Origin: Mobula hypostoma
Taxonomy: Eukaryota
NCBI RefSeq assembly: GCF_963921235.1
Contig: NC_086097.1
Coordinates: 205,780,001-205,844,000 of the forward strand
Length of the DNA stretch: 64,000 nucleotides
Direction: 5' to 3'
The position numbers were made by a program, and so were the translations under genes. Below, piece by piece: positions 12,743 to 26,004 of the stretch (positions are counted from its first letter, which is position 1; each line of letters opens with the position of its first letter). The notes beneath the pieces are model-generated. The model did not search any database. It worked only from the letters and a program-made list of their open reading frames with translations, and was not told the origin of the DNA.

Positions 12743-15454
12743 TTAAATTAATACTTATCCTTCTCTCTTGCAGACGCTTATTGCTTTTTTAAATAAATGG
12801 CCTGATTATTCCAGCACCATATCCGTTTCTGCCTCGTATTCATCATGCCAAGTCCCAGCATAATCAGTGGAGAACTGCAGGATGTTCACACTCCATGAGG
12901 TTTTCAATAATACAGCAGTTGAAAAGCTGCCAAGATAGAGCAGTCAGCATACTCAGAACTTCTGTGTACCTACAGGAATGCCACAATTAAGTGATATTCA
13001 CCTGCAGAAAACTAGTTCAGAAATAGGGTAAGCTACAGTTATCACTAAATGGGAGCAACAGAGTGGTGTCTCCATAATCACATCTGACTGACCTTTGTTT
13101 AAGTTCTGCCAATATTTTATTCAGGGCATTTCACTTTAAAAGAAGGGAGTTTATATCATCATTCCTCAAAATTTGCATGAGCCTACTCTCTATTCCACTG
13201 TAGGTCATGGGAAATTATTACAAGTTCACTCTCCCTCACTGGACACTTCTTCCCCAGAAAATCTAGCAATGGGGGTGCAGATGGAAGAGATAAGTTGGAA
13301 GGAGTGGAGGCTGCCCAAGAGCAGAAGAGGCTGATGTTCTCAGACCCGGCAGCTGAGTGTAAGGAAAGCTACCTGGAGGACCATCATCTACCCTGTGCAG
13401 GTAGGATGCTGGGGTTTTGTCGGCACATCGATGACAAGGTTACTCCGTGATACGGCAGATACATATATAAATGTCCAAAGAATAGTGAAAGGGTTAGCTC
13501 AGCTTTGTGTGATTGATGTACTTTATAAAGCAATCAATTCCTCAGTTGGAGACCATGCTGCAATATTATACATTGCAGCAACACTGCTAGTTCCCCTCTA
13601 ATATTGCAATTACCTTTCAAACCACTGCAAAAAATGTTAAATTTAATTGTAACTATACAAGGACTTAGTCTTATCTTCCTTCCCATATATTCTTCGCTTC
13701 GCCAAAAATTATCCACGTTCTTTAACCTCATCTCTCACCTCTTGACCCCATCCCTCCTGTATCTGATCTGTAAGTGATCACATATTATTCCCCATTAAAC
13801 TATAGCATCCTTCCATGGGCTTTACTGGAAATAGTGGTCATAGTGTTAACTTGACATTAAGGCTGCAGGCTTTTGCAAAGCAATGCTTTTCCTTCTAGCA
13901 ATTAACCAGTTGTAAAATTCAAGGACACAATTTTGTCTCTAATGCCTCCTGATTGAAAGTTAAAATATTATAATTATAACAGTATCCAATCTGAAAATAA
14001 CACTACAACTTCCTTCTGTTATCTTATAAACCTGTGCAAAGGAGTACCCATCAAAGCTTCAGGTCTTGGTGCCTACCAATAATTCTTGCAGGATAATTTT
14101 ATTACATATTTGTAATAGAATCATTCTAACTTCATTTCTTTCCACAAGACTGCTACAAATTAAAACAATTATTTCATGCACTTTTTTTCGGAAGAATGTC
14201 CCCTTCTAATAAAAATAAGTGACAGAGTGACTGAAAACAATATCAACTTGCATCTGACTGCATTGTTTGTTAACAGATGTATGTGCAGAATGATAAACTT
14301 TGTCAAGCCTGAATTCACTTGAGTTTCTCACCTGTATTTTTTCCACTCATCTTTATAAAGTACATCAATCACACAAAGCTGGAGACATCACTTACATTCC
14401 AGCATGATTTATATGCAGCAATAACTTTTACACTCACCACACAAAAACAATTTTATGAGTGAATGACAATTTAAATGAAAACAACTGCACAAAAAAAGCA
14501 AACCACTCAACTTAAACTCAAGCATTTTAGCAGTATTTAGGGCACAAAAAGTTATTGTCAGTTTCAGGATTAGTCATCACATGCTTTTCAACTCATAACT
14601 GAAGACTTAAATTATACAAGACCTATTAAATAGAAATTGTCTTAAAATAAGTGTTGCAGTAGTGTGGTAATCTTGGACATTTCTCTAATAGTACATACAA
14701 AGAATGTAAAATATCTGAAGCCTGTTTTCATTCATTTGGTTTGAATTTTGCTTCTGAAAGTAAAAATCATAAAATAATGGCCTGGATTTTGGACAGTAGG
14801 AACAGCAGGAGCAGAGTTTGCAATCATTACCTCCCTTGGGATTTCCATAAATGCAGTTGCAAGGGTGGAAAGGTGAAAGGTGATTTCAGTGAATCATTCC
14901 TTCCCAAAGACTAATTTCTGACATGACACTGGGTTCAAGGGCTTTTTTTCCATGCTATATAACTACGAATCTAAACTATCAAATGGGTTATCACTTTAAC
15001 AGTATTTTTAAATCTTTCAAAGTTTTTTTTTAAATTTTGTAATGGGTTAATAATTTAAATATTTTTCAGTGCTTAAAAAACTAAGATTTTTGAAGGTTTT
15101 TAATGTTCTGTGGTTAAGATGTTTAATGCCTTTGAATGTTTTACAAATAGTAAAAAGTATTCACTTCCATTTAAGTCTGAGGATATGTATGGTAGATCTG
15201 GCCACATTTTTGTAGCTCAGCCTGCCCAGTATCATGCTCCTTTTATATCCAGACATTTTTATGCACAGGACCACAACATTGTCTTTCCACCTCTTTCTCC
15301 CCTGCCAGGAGGACCACCAAAAATAGGTCCTAACTTCTTGATGGCAAATACTGTCAGTTTGCTACTTATCTCAGAACATACCACTTTAAGTTAAAATCCA
15401 GAAAGCCACAGTGTGACTTCCACAGATTTCAGTCAAAGGGCCTAATTTGTTGGA

Positions 15455-15705
15455 GCAAAAAAAAAACCCAAAAAATCAACAAACTGGTGGAGGAACTCAG
15501 CTGGGCAGTCAACAACCGTGGATGGAAATGCTGCTCTGCCCCCTTCCCTCACCTTTTTATACTGGCTGTCTCCTCCTTACTGTCCAGATGAAAGGCCTCA
15601 ACCTAAAGCATCACTTGTTCATTTATCACAAGAGTTGCTATCTGATACCGAGCTCCCCCAACAGATTTCTTTTTTGTTTGATGCTCCTGATTCCAGTCTC
15701 TTGTA
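15455..15705. mobile_element. Decayed inverted pair of Penelope-like termini
   Basis: CTGGTGGAGGAACTCAGCTGGGCAG then ...CTGATACCGAGCTCCCCCAACAG...TTCCAGTCTC. Confidence 0.65.
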
Positions 15706-16257
15706 TTTACTGGTGGTTTGGATTAACAACTGTTGTGAACCAGGTTATTCCAGGATGTTTTAAAAATTATTACTCTGCTCAATTCCAAATGGTCTAACGA
15801 TCTGCCAGTTAAAGCAACATTTACATTTTAATGCCGTGTTTGTATTGAAGTAACTGCATTTTCTGTTAAGCAAAAACATCTGTGAAATATCCATGAATCT
15901 TCTTTATCAATTATGTTTAAAGGCAAGCTGAGCCTTTATTGTCACTGATCTACAGATACAAATTGAACTGAACCTCTCATTGTCCTCAGTTATTGGTACC
16001 CCAACAATCCCATCACCAAACATCTCTTCAAGCTCTCCCTTATTGCCAACACCATCTCCTAGCAACTAATTATGCTGTCCAATTTTCCCTTGTATCCCAT
16101 CCTGTGAAAGCCCATACTTGCACAAGTAGCCTCTGGATACAGGCATGTACATTTGGAAATGACAAAATTGGTCTCCTGACATGACTTTCAGTCCATTGGA
16201 TCCCACCACACATGTCCAAATTTCTGTCGGTTCTACCTCAAGCACAGAGGATCAAAA

Positions 16258-16932
16258 TAACACGCAAAGGTCCTGGAGGAACTCAGCAGGTCAGGCAGCA
16301 AAGTGTGGTCAGGCCTCGAGAGTAAAGGATGAGACATTCCACTCTGCAAAAACTCATTTCAGGGAGGTAGCACCATCAATTTGTGGGAGATTCGCGGAAC
16401 TTCTGGGAAAGGTGGGTTGTTTGCAATAGAGTAGCTCCTTAGCAGCTAGCCAGCTAGTTTAAATAAGGTTAGCTATGCTAATGAACGGATGACACCTATT
16501 AAACTCACCTCAACATGTCTTTTATAGTCTTAACCCACCATGGGCAATAGAAAAGTCACTATTGCAAACAGTGCAGCGAGCAACACACCGTGATAATTTT
16601 TGACCCCTATAAGACAGGGGTACACTTTAGTGTAGTCTGGGGTGAAGTACATTTTATATTTTCCTTTATTGGAACATTCTGCCATGACACGTGCTCTCTC
16701 GCTCTCTCTCACTCTCTTTCTCTCTTACGCTCTCTCTCAAAAAAAATTGATTTCTGGGATATTGTATATAATTTGCGGGCATCAGGGAGCCGCTATCAAT
16801 ATGCGGGAGACTCCCGGAACTTCCGGGAGAGGTGGGATGTCTGAGGATGTCAACCTGAGATGTCAATTGTTCATTTCTTTTCATAGCTGCTGCCTGACCT
16901 GCCGAGTTCCTCCAGCATTTTGTGTGTGTTGT
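16258..16932. mobile_element. Penelope-like fold-back interrupted by a MITE
   Basis: CTGGAGGAACTCAGCAGGTCAGGCAGCA (16283) is the inverse of TGCTGCCTGACCTGCCGAGTTCCTCCAG (16888-16915). Confidence 0.75.
16332..16843. mobile_element. Non-autonomous DNA transposon (MITE, possibly hAT)
   Basis: Termini AGACATTCCACTCT ... AGAGGTGGGATGTCTG are inverted; AGGATG on both flanks; internal (CT)n tract. Confidence 0.65.
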
Positions 16933-18149
16933 TGTAGTTATCAGCTACTGAGGTAAAAGCTGGTGAACACATATAAGTATTCATTAAAAGGGCTTATAAA
17001 ATATTGGCCTTAACCACGAAGTGGCTAGATTTCAAAGATGTAAATTAAGCTTCAGTTGTACAGAGCCTTGATCAGGCTATATGTAGTTTTGGGCATGGGA
17101 CTCCTGTAGAAACATAATAGCCTTCGAGCAGAAGTATACCTAGATTTAGCAGTGTTACATTATGACAATATGCATAAACTGAGTTTGCAAATTTGAAAGT
17201 TCATATGGCAGGTTGGATGAGATCAATAGATTTTTGTCTAGAAGATTAGCAAGAGAATTGTAACATAGACATGTAAAAGGGACACAAAAGGCATGATTCC
17301 ATAGACTTGCATCAATAGGAATGACAATCTGAAAGGCCCGTATTTCAATTTAACTTAATCCTACTTCATGATAAATCTTGCTAATCTGGTTTTAGTGTGG
17401 TTTTAAATTATACAGTTGCATTAATTTTAATTTGTTTTCATCAAAGGAAATAAGATATTAGTACAGATGTTTTATTTATAATGATGGTGAAACTATTGGT
17501 GTTTATTATAATTGCATTGTGGATCCAGAAACAATTTTGGAATATCCAAGTATGCACAATTTACATACTATATATATTCCGAAGTTTATCTCAGCAGTTC
17601 AGCCTACCTCCATTAACTGCAATGGTCTTCATCCTTCTCCCTTCCAATCAACATTGATGAATTAACAAAAAAATCATATTTGTTACACTGTAAATCATTC
17701 TAAAAATGTCATGCATTATTGTATAAAATATAATTTTATTGGTGTCCTAAACCTAAACAATGCTTATAAACTCCCAAGCCCTAAAATACCAATTTTATTT
17801 ATGTGTCTAATTCCTTCAGACAAATATTTTAATATATAGTTGATTTTAAAATATTTTCTTTAACCTTTGTCAATAAATTATAGTAATTTTAGTTTCAATC
17901 TTTCACTTGCAATGCTTCAATCTTAAAATCTGTGACATGTTTAGAATGGCAGTTTAAAATTGTACACTATTCTTCCTGACCTGCTGGTGAATCTTTTCAG
18001 TGTGATTACTGCTCAGTCAGCTTAACAGTACCCCAGTTGTGCCTTGCCTCTCAAACTGAGATGGGACAGCATCCTAATGTCAGGAAAGGGCAAATCTATA
18101 CCACAATTATCATTAGACCTTTCTGTGCACCTTTTTATATGGAAACCAG

Positions 18150-18340
18150 TACTTCTTCAGTGGTTGTTCCTCTCCAGGCCTTGTGGTGCAGTGAGCTGCA
18201 AGCTTGCCATTTCTTCAGCATTTGTCTGTCTTCTATGATGCCGAGTTGCTAGTCTGATGCTCAACCCAGCACAGACAGAAAGCATACAAGGAGCTAGCTG
18301 GATTCGAACTGGGACCACTTGGTGCATATATATCACCAGT
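18150..18340 (-). mobile_element. tRNA-derived SINE (same family as 60657-60855)
   Basis: Reverse complement has a B box (GTTCGAATCC) and shares GCTAGCAACTCGG-like and CCACAAGG blocks with the 60657 copy. Confidence 0.75.
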
Positions 18341-18589
18341 CATTGTGGTTCAGATTTTTTTATGTTTGCACTTGATTAGATTCTCACATTCATACATAAG
18401 CTAATCTATTTGATTTTAAGGTCTACGTGGTCAATCTAAATACAATCAGGTGCTAAGCTACAGAATACTGGTCCAATTACACATTACCCAATCTCTGCAT
18501 GTAATTCAAACAGTAAAAAATACTGGAACAACACACAGAAAAATTGCTGGTGAACGCAGCAGGCCAGGTAGCACCTATAGGAAGCGGTA

Positions 18590-18627
18590 CAGTCGACATT
18601 TCGGGCGAAGACCCTTCGTCAGGACAA
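18590..18627 (-). ncRNA. Minimal type I hammerhead ribozyme motif, core intact
   Basis: Minus strand reads GUC-CUGACGA-A-GGG(ucuucg)CCC-GAAA-UGUC-GAC. Confidence 0.65.
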
Positions 18628-19308
18628 ACTGAAAGAAGAGATAGTAGGAGATTTGAAAGAGGGAGGGGGCGGGGGAGATCCGAAATGATAGGGGAAGATA
18701 GGAGGGGGAGGGAAGGAGCTAAGAGCTGGAAAGCTGATTGGCAAAAGGGATACAAGGCTGGAGAAGGGAGAGGATCATGGGACGGGAAGCCGAGGGAGAA
18801 AGAAAGGGGGAGGGGAGCACCAGAGGATGGAGAGCAGGCAAGGAGTTACAGTGAGGGGTGCAGAAGGAGAAAAAAGAGGGAGAAAAAAAGGGGAAATAAA
18901 TAAATAAACAAACAAACAAATAAATAAATAAGGGATAGGGTATGAATGTGGGGAGGGGCATTAACAGAAGTTAGAGAAGTCAATGTTCATGCCATCAGGT
19001 TGGAGGCTACCCAGATGGGATATAAGGTGTTGTTCCTCCAACCTGAGTGTGGCTTCATCTTTACAGTAGAGGAGGCCGTGGATAGACGTATCAGAATGGG
19101 AATGGGATGTGTAATTAAAATGTGCCCTCCCCCTTTTTTTCTTCCTAGGCTTCCCATCCCATGATCCTCTCCCTTCTCTAGACTTGTATCCCTTTTGCTA
19201 ATCAACTTTACAGCTCTTAGCTCCATCCCTCCCCCTCCTGTCTTCTCCTATCATTTTGGATCCCCTCCCCCTCCCACTTTCAAATCTCTTACTATCTCTT
19301 CTTTCAGT

Positions 19309-19346
19309 TAGTCTTGACGAAGGGTCTCGGCCCAAAACGTCGACTG
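19309..19346 (+). ncRNA. Hammerhead motif with a mutated core (C3U, G12A)
   Basis: UAGUC-UUGACGA-AGGGUCUCGGCCC-AAAA-CGUC-GACUG. Confidence 0.55.
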
Positions 19347-20774
19347 TACCTCTTCCTATAGATGCTGCCGGGCCTGCTGCGTTCACCAGCATTTTTTGTG
19401 TGTGTTGCTTGAATTTATAGCATCTGCAGTTTTCCTCGTGTTTGCGAAAAAATATTGGAAGTTCTTTTTAAGCAATCTGCCCCACAAGGAAAAAGATTAT
19501 GTTTGAGGTGCAATTGCTGCAATCCTGATCAATTAGGAAGTAACTTTAAAGCTTTCATTTTCCAGCATCTTTCTACGAGTTCTTCTGGACTTGCCCTTTA
19601 TCACATCATCTTTAATTTATTAGAACTGGTCTCTTGCACATTGCTCATCACTATCACTGATCTCCCATGGTCATCCTACAATGACCTACTGCTTTCAATG
19701 TTTCGTTTGCATCTGCTACAGTTACTTTAGTCACTAAATTTACCTCAGCTTGAATTCCCTTTCTAAACCCCTTGCCCATACGTTTTCCTTTTCTGCAGCT
19801 GCTAACATCTAAGAACATTTCTCTTCATTCCTTTCCATAGATGCTGCCTGACCTGCTGAGTTCCTCCATCATTTTGGATGTGTTACTCAAGACATTAATA
19901 ACAGCATTGAACTAGATCTGCTATCTTACCTCCTGTTTCTCAGAATTCAAATTTTCTTTCTGCATTAAGGAATGCCTTTAGAAATTTTGTACGTAAATGC
20001 TGCTATGCAAATATGCAACATTGAATGACACTCAATATGCAGAACAAAATCTTGAATCCTCCATGGTCTTACAGGGATGTAATGGACAGACTCAATTATC
20101 ACTGAGTTTGACCTAACATTCTCCGTTCTTCAAGTCGTTAAAATACGAAAGCCACTTGGTGGGTGAAAAAACTCAAGTTTTCTCAAGGAATATTGCTTTC
20201 CATTGTCACTTTATTTAAACTCCTTTTTAAGATACAAGAAAATTAGGAATATTAAATTTTTGAAGAGAAAATATGGGAAGATAATAATTACTAAATCATT
20301 GAAAATAGGTATAGGACAATTAAGGTTATTAAATACTTAGAAAGTGGAAAACTTCATGGCACAAGGGCAAATTTTTGTTTTTTCTCTCTTTTTTTCACTA
20401 CAGGTATTTATTTAAATAAATTTTTAAATATATTTCTTATTGCAACTTATAGTTTTTTTAACCAAAGTACTGCTGCTGCAAGATGTCAAATTTCACTACT
20501 TATGCCACAGATACTAAACCTGATTCTGAAAATTTTTAATACGGTCAATGAAGGTTCAAATATTATAATTCCACGGGAAAACACAATTATCCACATAAAC
20601 CTAATTTGGATACAGAAGGCTAGACAAGTTGACCATCTATGTGCAAAAATTATCCCACGAGACAAAAGGACACCAAACATTGATTGGAAAATGTGATGGA
20701 TGAATAAAACTCTATTCAATCACTATCTTTAGTGTAATGACTGAAACTACACTAAAGAATTGCTATGTTGGTAT

Positions 20775-21158
20775 ATGAGCCTCAGGCCCCACACCACCAG
20801 ATTCATGAACAGTTATTACCCCCCAGTCATCAGCCTTCTCCGCCAGAGTGGATAACTTCACTCACCCCAACACTGAACTGAATCCACAACCTATGGGCTC
20901 ACTTTCAAGGATTCTACAGCTCATGTTCTTAATATTTATCAGTCTATCTATCTATTTACTATTTGTTTTTTTCTTTTTATATTTGCACAATTTGTTGCTT
21001 TTTGCATACTGGTTGTTTGTTTTGTGTGCACATTTTTTCATTGAATCTATTGCGTTTCTTTGTATCTACTGTGAATGCCCACAAGAAAATGTGTCTCAGG
21101 GTAGTATGTGGTGCCATATATGGATTTTAGCAATAAATCTGTGAGCTTTGAACTTTGA
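20775..21158 (+). mobile_element. Rex1/Babar-like LINE 3' end
   Basis: ACCACCAGATTCATGAACAGTTATTACCCC... ending AATAAATCTGTGAGCTTTGAACTTTGA. Confidence 0.75.
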
Positions 21159-22540
21159 AATTCAACCAGTAATGTCTGTATTGAGGAGCCACTTATGCAC
21201 AATTAATGTTATAGTCACAACTTTCTGTCATGTATCTTGCTTGCTTGCCTGATCCTGACTGGGTTAAAAGTGTTCATTATTACATCAGCTGGTGCTTGGA
21301 AGCCCCAAGGGAAGATTAGACTGTCGTCTTATTGATGATCCTGAGGCCACATTTTCTTTGACATAAATACTCCTCTCAATTGCAGAATGTACCCCATACA
21401 CTCACTTGTGATGGCAAATGATCGCATTTGCTGTGGGATATTTTGTTCTCAGCGGTGGGGACATATTACATTGTCTTCAGTCTTCTGGGAGTTAAGAGTT
21501 TATCTGCTCTGAATGTCTCTACTTGTTGCCTTGGACTGATATCACACCTTGTGTTTGAATGCTTGAGCCATGATTTGTGGTTCTGACATGTGTGATGCTT
21601 CGCATGTCTTGTGTTTCATACCATCATATACAGGCAGCTTCAAACAAACTTTACAATGAGCACCTTAGGGACATCACTTCAATGGCTGAGGTAAGGGTTT
21701 GGTATGATGTTCCTCACCAACCCTCTTTCCATCACCATAAATGGATTTTGCTGACAACTCTACTCATCATTCCAGCTGGCTGTGGGTGGAGTTCCCTGTA
21801 TAACATGGATCATTCAAGCCCCCTTCCCCACTATATGATCCTCTCACTGTTCAGATTGGATAATCTCTTGCAACCAGGACTGCTAAATATTCTTAATCTG
21901 TGATTGCACAATTGGACTCCACCTTGCTTCATCTGGAACATGCATCCTATTCAGCCTCTCTCACTGCATCAGATTTGTGACTTAGTCAGTGGCCATATGA
22001 AAGCAGGCATCCTGCCTAATTAGCTTGAGACCTCAACAATCAAAATACCTACAAACCCCAGTTCATTATTTCTGGGTTTTCCCAACTCTCAATAGTTCAA
22101 CTGGTGCACCATCTTGATACAAAGCCATGCTTCCCTTCGTTGATTGCCACCCCATTGAAAGGATGAATTATGCAGTGGAAGTCGAAAATTAACGGAACTA
22201 TCATTCAAACACCCAAACAGAAAAACTTCTGCAAATGCTGGAAATCCAAAGCAACACACAACACTTTTTGTGTGATTCAAACACCTGAGCATTGATTGTC
22301 ATTTTAATGTGTATTAATTCAAGGTCTTAAGAGCTCGGTGATCTCCATATATTAATACCAGAAAGAATTTCCTTCACTGGGATGTTGTGTAATAAACATT
22401 TTACCCATTCAAAGGTATCACTTCTTTAATGCTGTAATAAAATTTGTTTCTTTTTTCTTATTGTGCAGCATTGTGATTAATAAGATATATAACGAGACAA
22501 ATTTGTAGCAGAGGGAGACAGTAATGCAAATAAAACTTAC

Positions 22541-22710
22541 CACAGTTAAATTCCTCTGCTGTTACTGAGACAACTGATCTGCCTTGCAGTGCTCTGGGAT
22601 ACTGGCAGGTTGCAGCAGCCTGTGTGTGGCCACTTTTGGCATAGCTCTTGAGTAATTCTCCCAGCCACATGAGTTGACAATCACAAACCAGACCATTGGA
22701 GTCCAAACGG
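22541..22710 (-). CDS. PXDNL: Peroxidasin-like LRR/LRRCT exon (exon 7), (L)[56 protein letters not shown]
   Basis: 170 bp; acceptor TTTTTTATCTGGCTACAG, donor GTAAGT; CDC...C...C LRRCT cysteine pattern; overlaps ORF 22458..22706. Confidence 0.96.
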
Positions 22711-23292
22711 CTGTAGCCAGATAAAAAACAAAGATAATATTAAGATATCATTCAGTAAGCTATGGACCATTCTGTAACAAAAACATTATTTAGGTTTTGT
22801 AGTCAGTACAGAACTCCACCTCCTTTTCTTTTTCTAATATCAATACCCATCTCTCCCTCCTGTCAAAAAATCCATGATAGTCATCATTTATTTCTTTGGT
22901 ATTCTTAGGTGAACATAGAGAACACATATCATCATCAGTTGCTAGTTCCAAATGTGAAGTAGAGTCTTCAAGCCAGATGCACCCTCTTCTCATTACTACC
23001 ATAAGGGTGGAGGTACTGGAGCCTGAAGAAACACACTCACCATTTTAGGAACAGCTTCTTCTCCTCCACCGTCAGATTTCTGAATGGTCCATGAACCCAG
23101 GAATGCAACCTCACTATTACTCTTTTGCACGATTTACTGTCTTGCATTGTACTGCTGCTACAACAGCAACACATTTTTAATGCAGCTTGTCCTTACCTGA
23201 CCCCGTAATTCCACTTTTAATAAGGCAAACATGATTCTATGATAATATATAGTTGCTTTTTTTTTTAAGATATAAATTGACCTGACTTTGCG

Positions 23293-25315
23293 ATCATAGT
23301 ATCATAGAAATCTACAGCACATTACAGGCTCTTCGGCCCATAATGTTGTGCTGACCATGTAACCTACTCTAGAAACTGCCTAGAATTTCCCTACTGCCTA
23401 GTCCTCTATTTTTCTAAGCTACGTGTACCTATCTAAGGGTTTCTTTAAAGATCCTATTGTATCCACCTCGACCACTGTCACTGGCAGTGCATTCTACACA
23501 CTGACCACTCTCTGTGGAAAAAAAAACTTACCTCCGATATCTCCCTTGTACCTACTTCCAAGCTCCTTAAAACTATGCCCCCCCCCCCACGTTGGCCATT
23601 TCAGCCTTGGGAAAATGCCTCTGAAAATCCACATGATCAATGCCTCTCATCATCTTGTACACCTCTGTCAGGTCACTCCTCACCCTCTGTCGCTCCAAGG
23701 AGAAAAGGCCAAGTTCACTCAATCAATTCTCATAAGGCATATTCTCCAATTGAGGCAATATCCTGGTAGATCTCCCCTGCACTCTCTCTATAGTATCCAT
23801 ATCCTTCTTGTAGTGAGGCTACCAGAACTGAACACAGTACTCCAAGTCGGGTCTGACGAGGGTCCTATATAGCTGTAATATTACCTCATAGCTTTTAAAC
23901 TTAATCCCACGGTTGATGAAGGCCTACACACCATATGCCTTCTTAAAAACACTGTCAACCTGCCCAGCAGAATTGAATGTCCTATGGACACAACCCCAAG
24001 ATCTAGCTGATCTTCCACACTGCCAAGAGTCCTACCATTAATGTTATATTCTGTCCTTAAATTTAACCTACCAAAATGAACCACTTCATGTTTACCTGAG
24101 TTGAACTACATCTGCCACTTCTCAGCCCAGTTCTGCATCCTATCGATCTCCCACTATAACCTCTGACAACCTTCCAGACTATACACAACACCCCCAACTT
24201 TTGTATCATCAACAAACTTACTAACCCACCCTTCTAATTGAATTGAATGATCTTTATTGTACATAAGTACAATGAAACTCTGTTTGGCTTCCTCTCAGAC
24301 AATTAAATAAAATGGTAGATAAAAACAAGACAGTAATAGAAAACCTCATCCAGGTCATTGATGAAAATCACAAAGAGGAGGGGTCCCAGAACAGATCTCT
24401 GCGGAACACCACTGATCACCATCCTCCATGCAGAATATGAACCATCTACAACCAGCCTTTGCTTTCTGTGGACAAGCCAATTCTGGATCCACAAAGCAAG
24501 GTCTCTTTGGATCCCATGCCTGATTAGTATCTGAATGAGTCTCGCACGGGGAACCTTATCAAATGCCTTAATGAAATCCATATACACTACGTCGACAGCT
24601 CTACCTTCATCAATCTGTTTTGTTACATCCTCAAAGAATTCAATTAGGCTCATAAGGCACGATCTACCCTTGACAAAGCCATGCTGGCTATCCCTAATCA
24701 GACTATGTCTCTCCAAATGTTCATAAATCTTGCCTCTCAGGATCTTCTTCAACAACTTGTCCACCACTGAAGTAAGACTCACTGGTCTATAATTTCCTGG
24801 GTTATTTCTACTCCCTTTCTTGAACAAGGGAACAACATCTGCAACCCTCCAATCCTCTGGTCCAACCCTCCAACCCTCCCATCCCTATTCATGTTGCAAA
24901 GATCATTGCCAGAGGTTCAGCAATCTCTTCCCTCAATTGCCACAGTAGCCTGGGGTATACTTCATCCAGGCCTAGCAACTTACCTAACTTAATACCTTTC
25001 AAAAGCTCCAGCACATCCTCTTTCTTAATGTCTATACGCTCAAAATGCTTCAGTCCGCTGTAAGTCATCCCCACAATTATCAAGGTCCTTTTCCCTGGTG
25101 AATACTGAAGAAAAGCATTCATTAAGTACCTCCGCTACCTCCTCAACTTCCTCTGGCTCCATGCACATGTTTCCACTCTCGCTCCTGATTGGTCCTTTTC
25201 TCATATAGCCCATCCTCTTGCTCTTCACATATTTGTGGAATAACTTGGGGTTTTCCTTAATCCTGCTCGCCAAGGCATTTTCATGGCCCCTTCTAGATCT
25301 CCTAATTTCATTCAA
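23293..25315 (-). mobile_element. CR1 LINE ORF2 fragment (RT), disrupted, with an insertion of about 110 bp at 24235-24342
   Basis: ORFs 25040..25315, 24889..25122, 24303..24827 ([22 protein letters not shown]) and 23881..24084; tail at 23293. Confidence 0.96.
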
Positions 25316-25489
25316 GTATAGTCCACTTGGATCAAAATAATAGTTAGGGTAACTTTGTTCTATTAATAACGATAATTTCTACAGCAACTTCAGATGAAGC
25401 AGAGATGCATAGTAACTGATTGAATTACTTTATTCCTTGTGAAAACAGAGTGTTGATGCCAGATTTAACATTAGTACATCGTGAACTTC

Positions 25490-25748
25490 ATTACTTCTTT
25501 GCAGCTTCATCATTTTCTTGGCCTCTGTTGGTTGGGTTGACGATAGATGTTGATTCCTAGCTGTCTGAATCAATACACAAGACAGGGCAGTACGCTGTTG
25601 CCCAGGCAGCAAGCTCCCCCTCTCCACGCAGCTGATGAATTCAAAAGAACTGCAGAGGCTGATACAGTCTCGAACCAGTGGCATCAGAGGAGTTGCCTGT
25701 CAGTGTTGGACGTGATGCTGGACTGCCTTAGGGAATTCATCTCTGGAG
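25490..25748 (-). mobile_element. SINE-like fragment
   Basis: Shares a GCAGCAAG..CCCCTCTCCA..GATG block with the SINE at 51870-52185. Confidence 0.5.
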
Positions 25749-26004
25749 TGACTGGATTTAAAGCATTAGTAACATGCCTTTGCCCTTCTGTTTCTGACCA
25801 AACACTTATTCTTTCTGTGTCTAATTTGAATATGCATTCAGAACTCCTTAATTTACCTTCCTTTGGTTCATATTTACTAATTCTGCTTGTTTATGAAAGG
25901 AGCCAGTTAATTTCCTTATAAAATCAGAAACCATAAATACTGAAGAAAATCCACTTGAAGAAAGCACCATGTTAGTAACATCAAAGTAGTTTTGTTTCTG
26001 TATG

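Larger units (their letters stand above)
18529..19446. mobile_element. Non-autonomous Penelope-like element with long inverted termini and a 14-bp TSD
   Basis: Arms about 18529-18800 and 19135-19406; TSD AAAAAATA(C/T)TGGAA at 18515-18528 and 19447-19460; internal minus-strand GIY-YIG C-terminal remnant. Confidence 0.92.

Noticed and set aside
14781..15400. Possible ancient TIR element (CTGGATTTT ... AAAATCCAG)
   Set aside because: Only a 9-bp inverted match and no TSD; insufficient support.
18655..18930. G-rich tracts as functional G-quadruplex, and (TAAA)n
   Set aside because: Ordinary purine-rich PLE UTR sequence present in other copies.
1..22540. Next peroxidasin exon (Ig1, PRITxEPQD...GNTVYFTCRAEGNPKP)
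   Set aside because: Not found by eye on the minus strand. It probably lies beyond the left edge, though a manual miss is possible (tBLASTn would decide).
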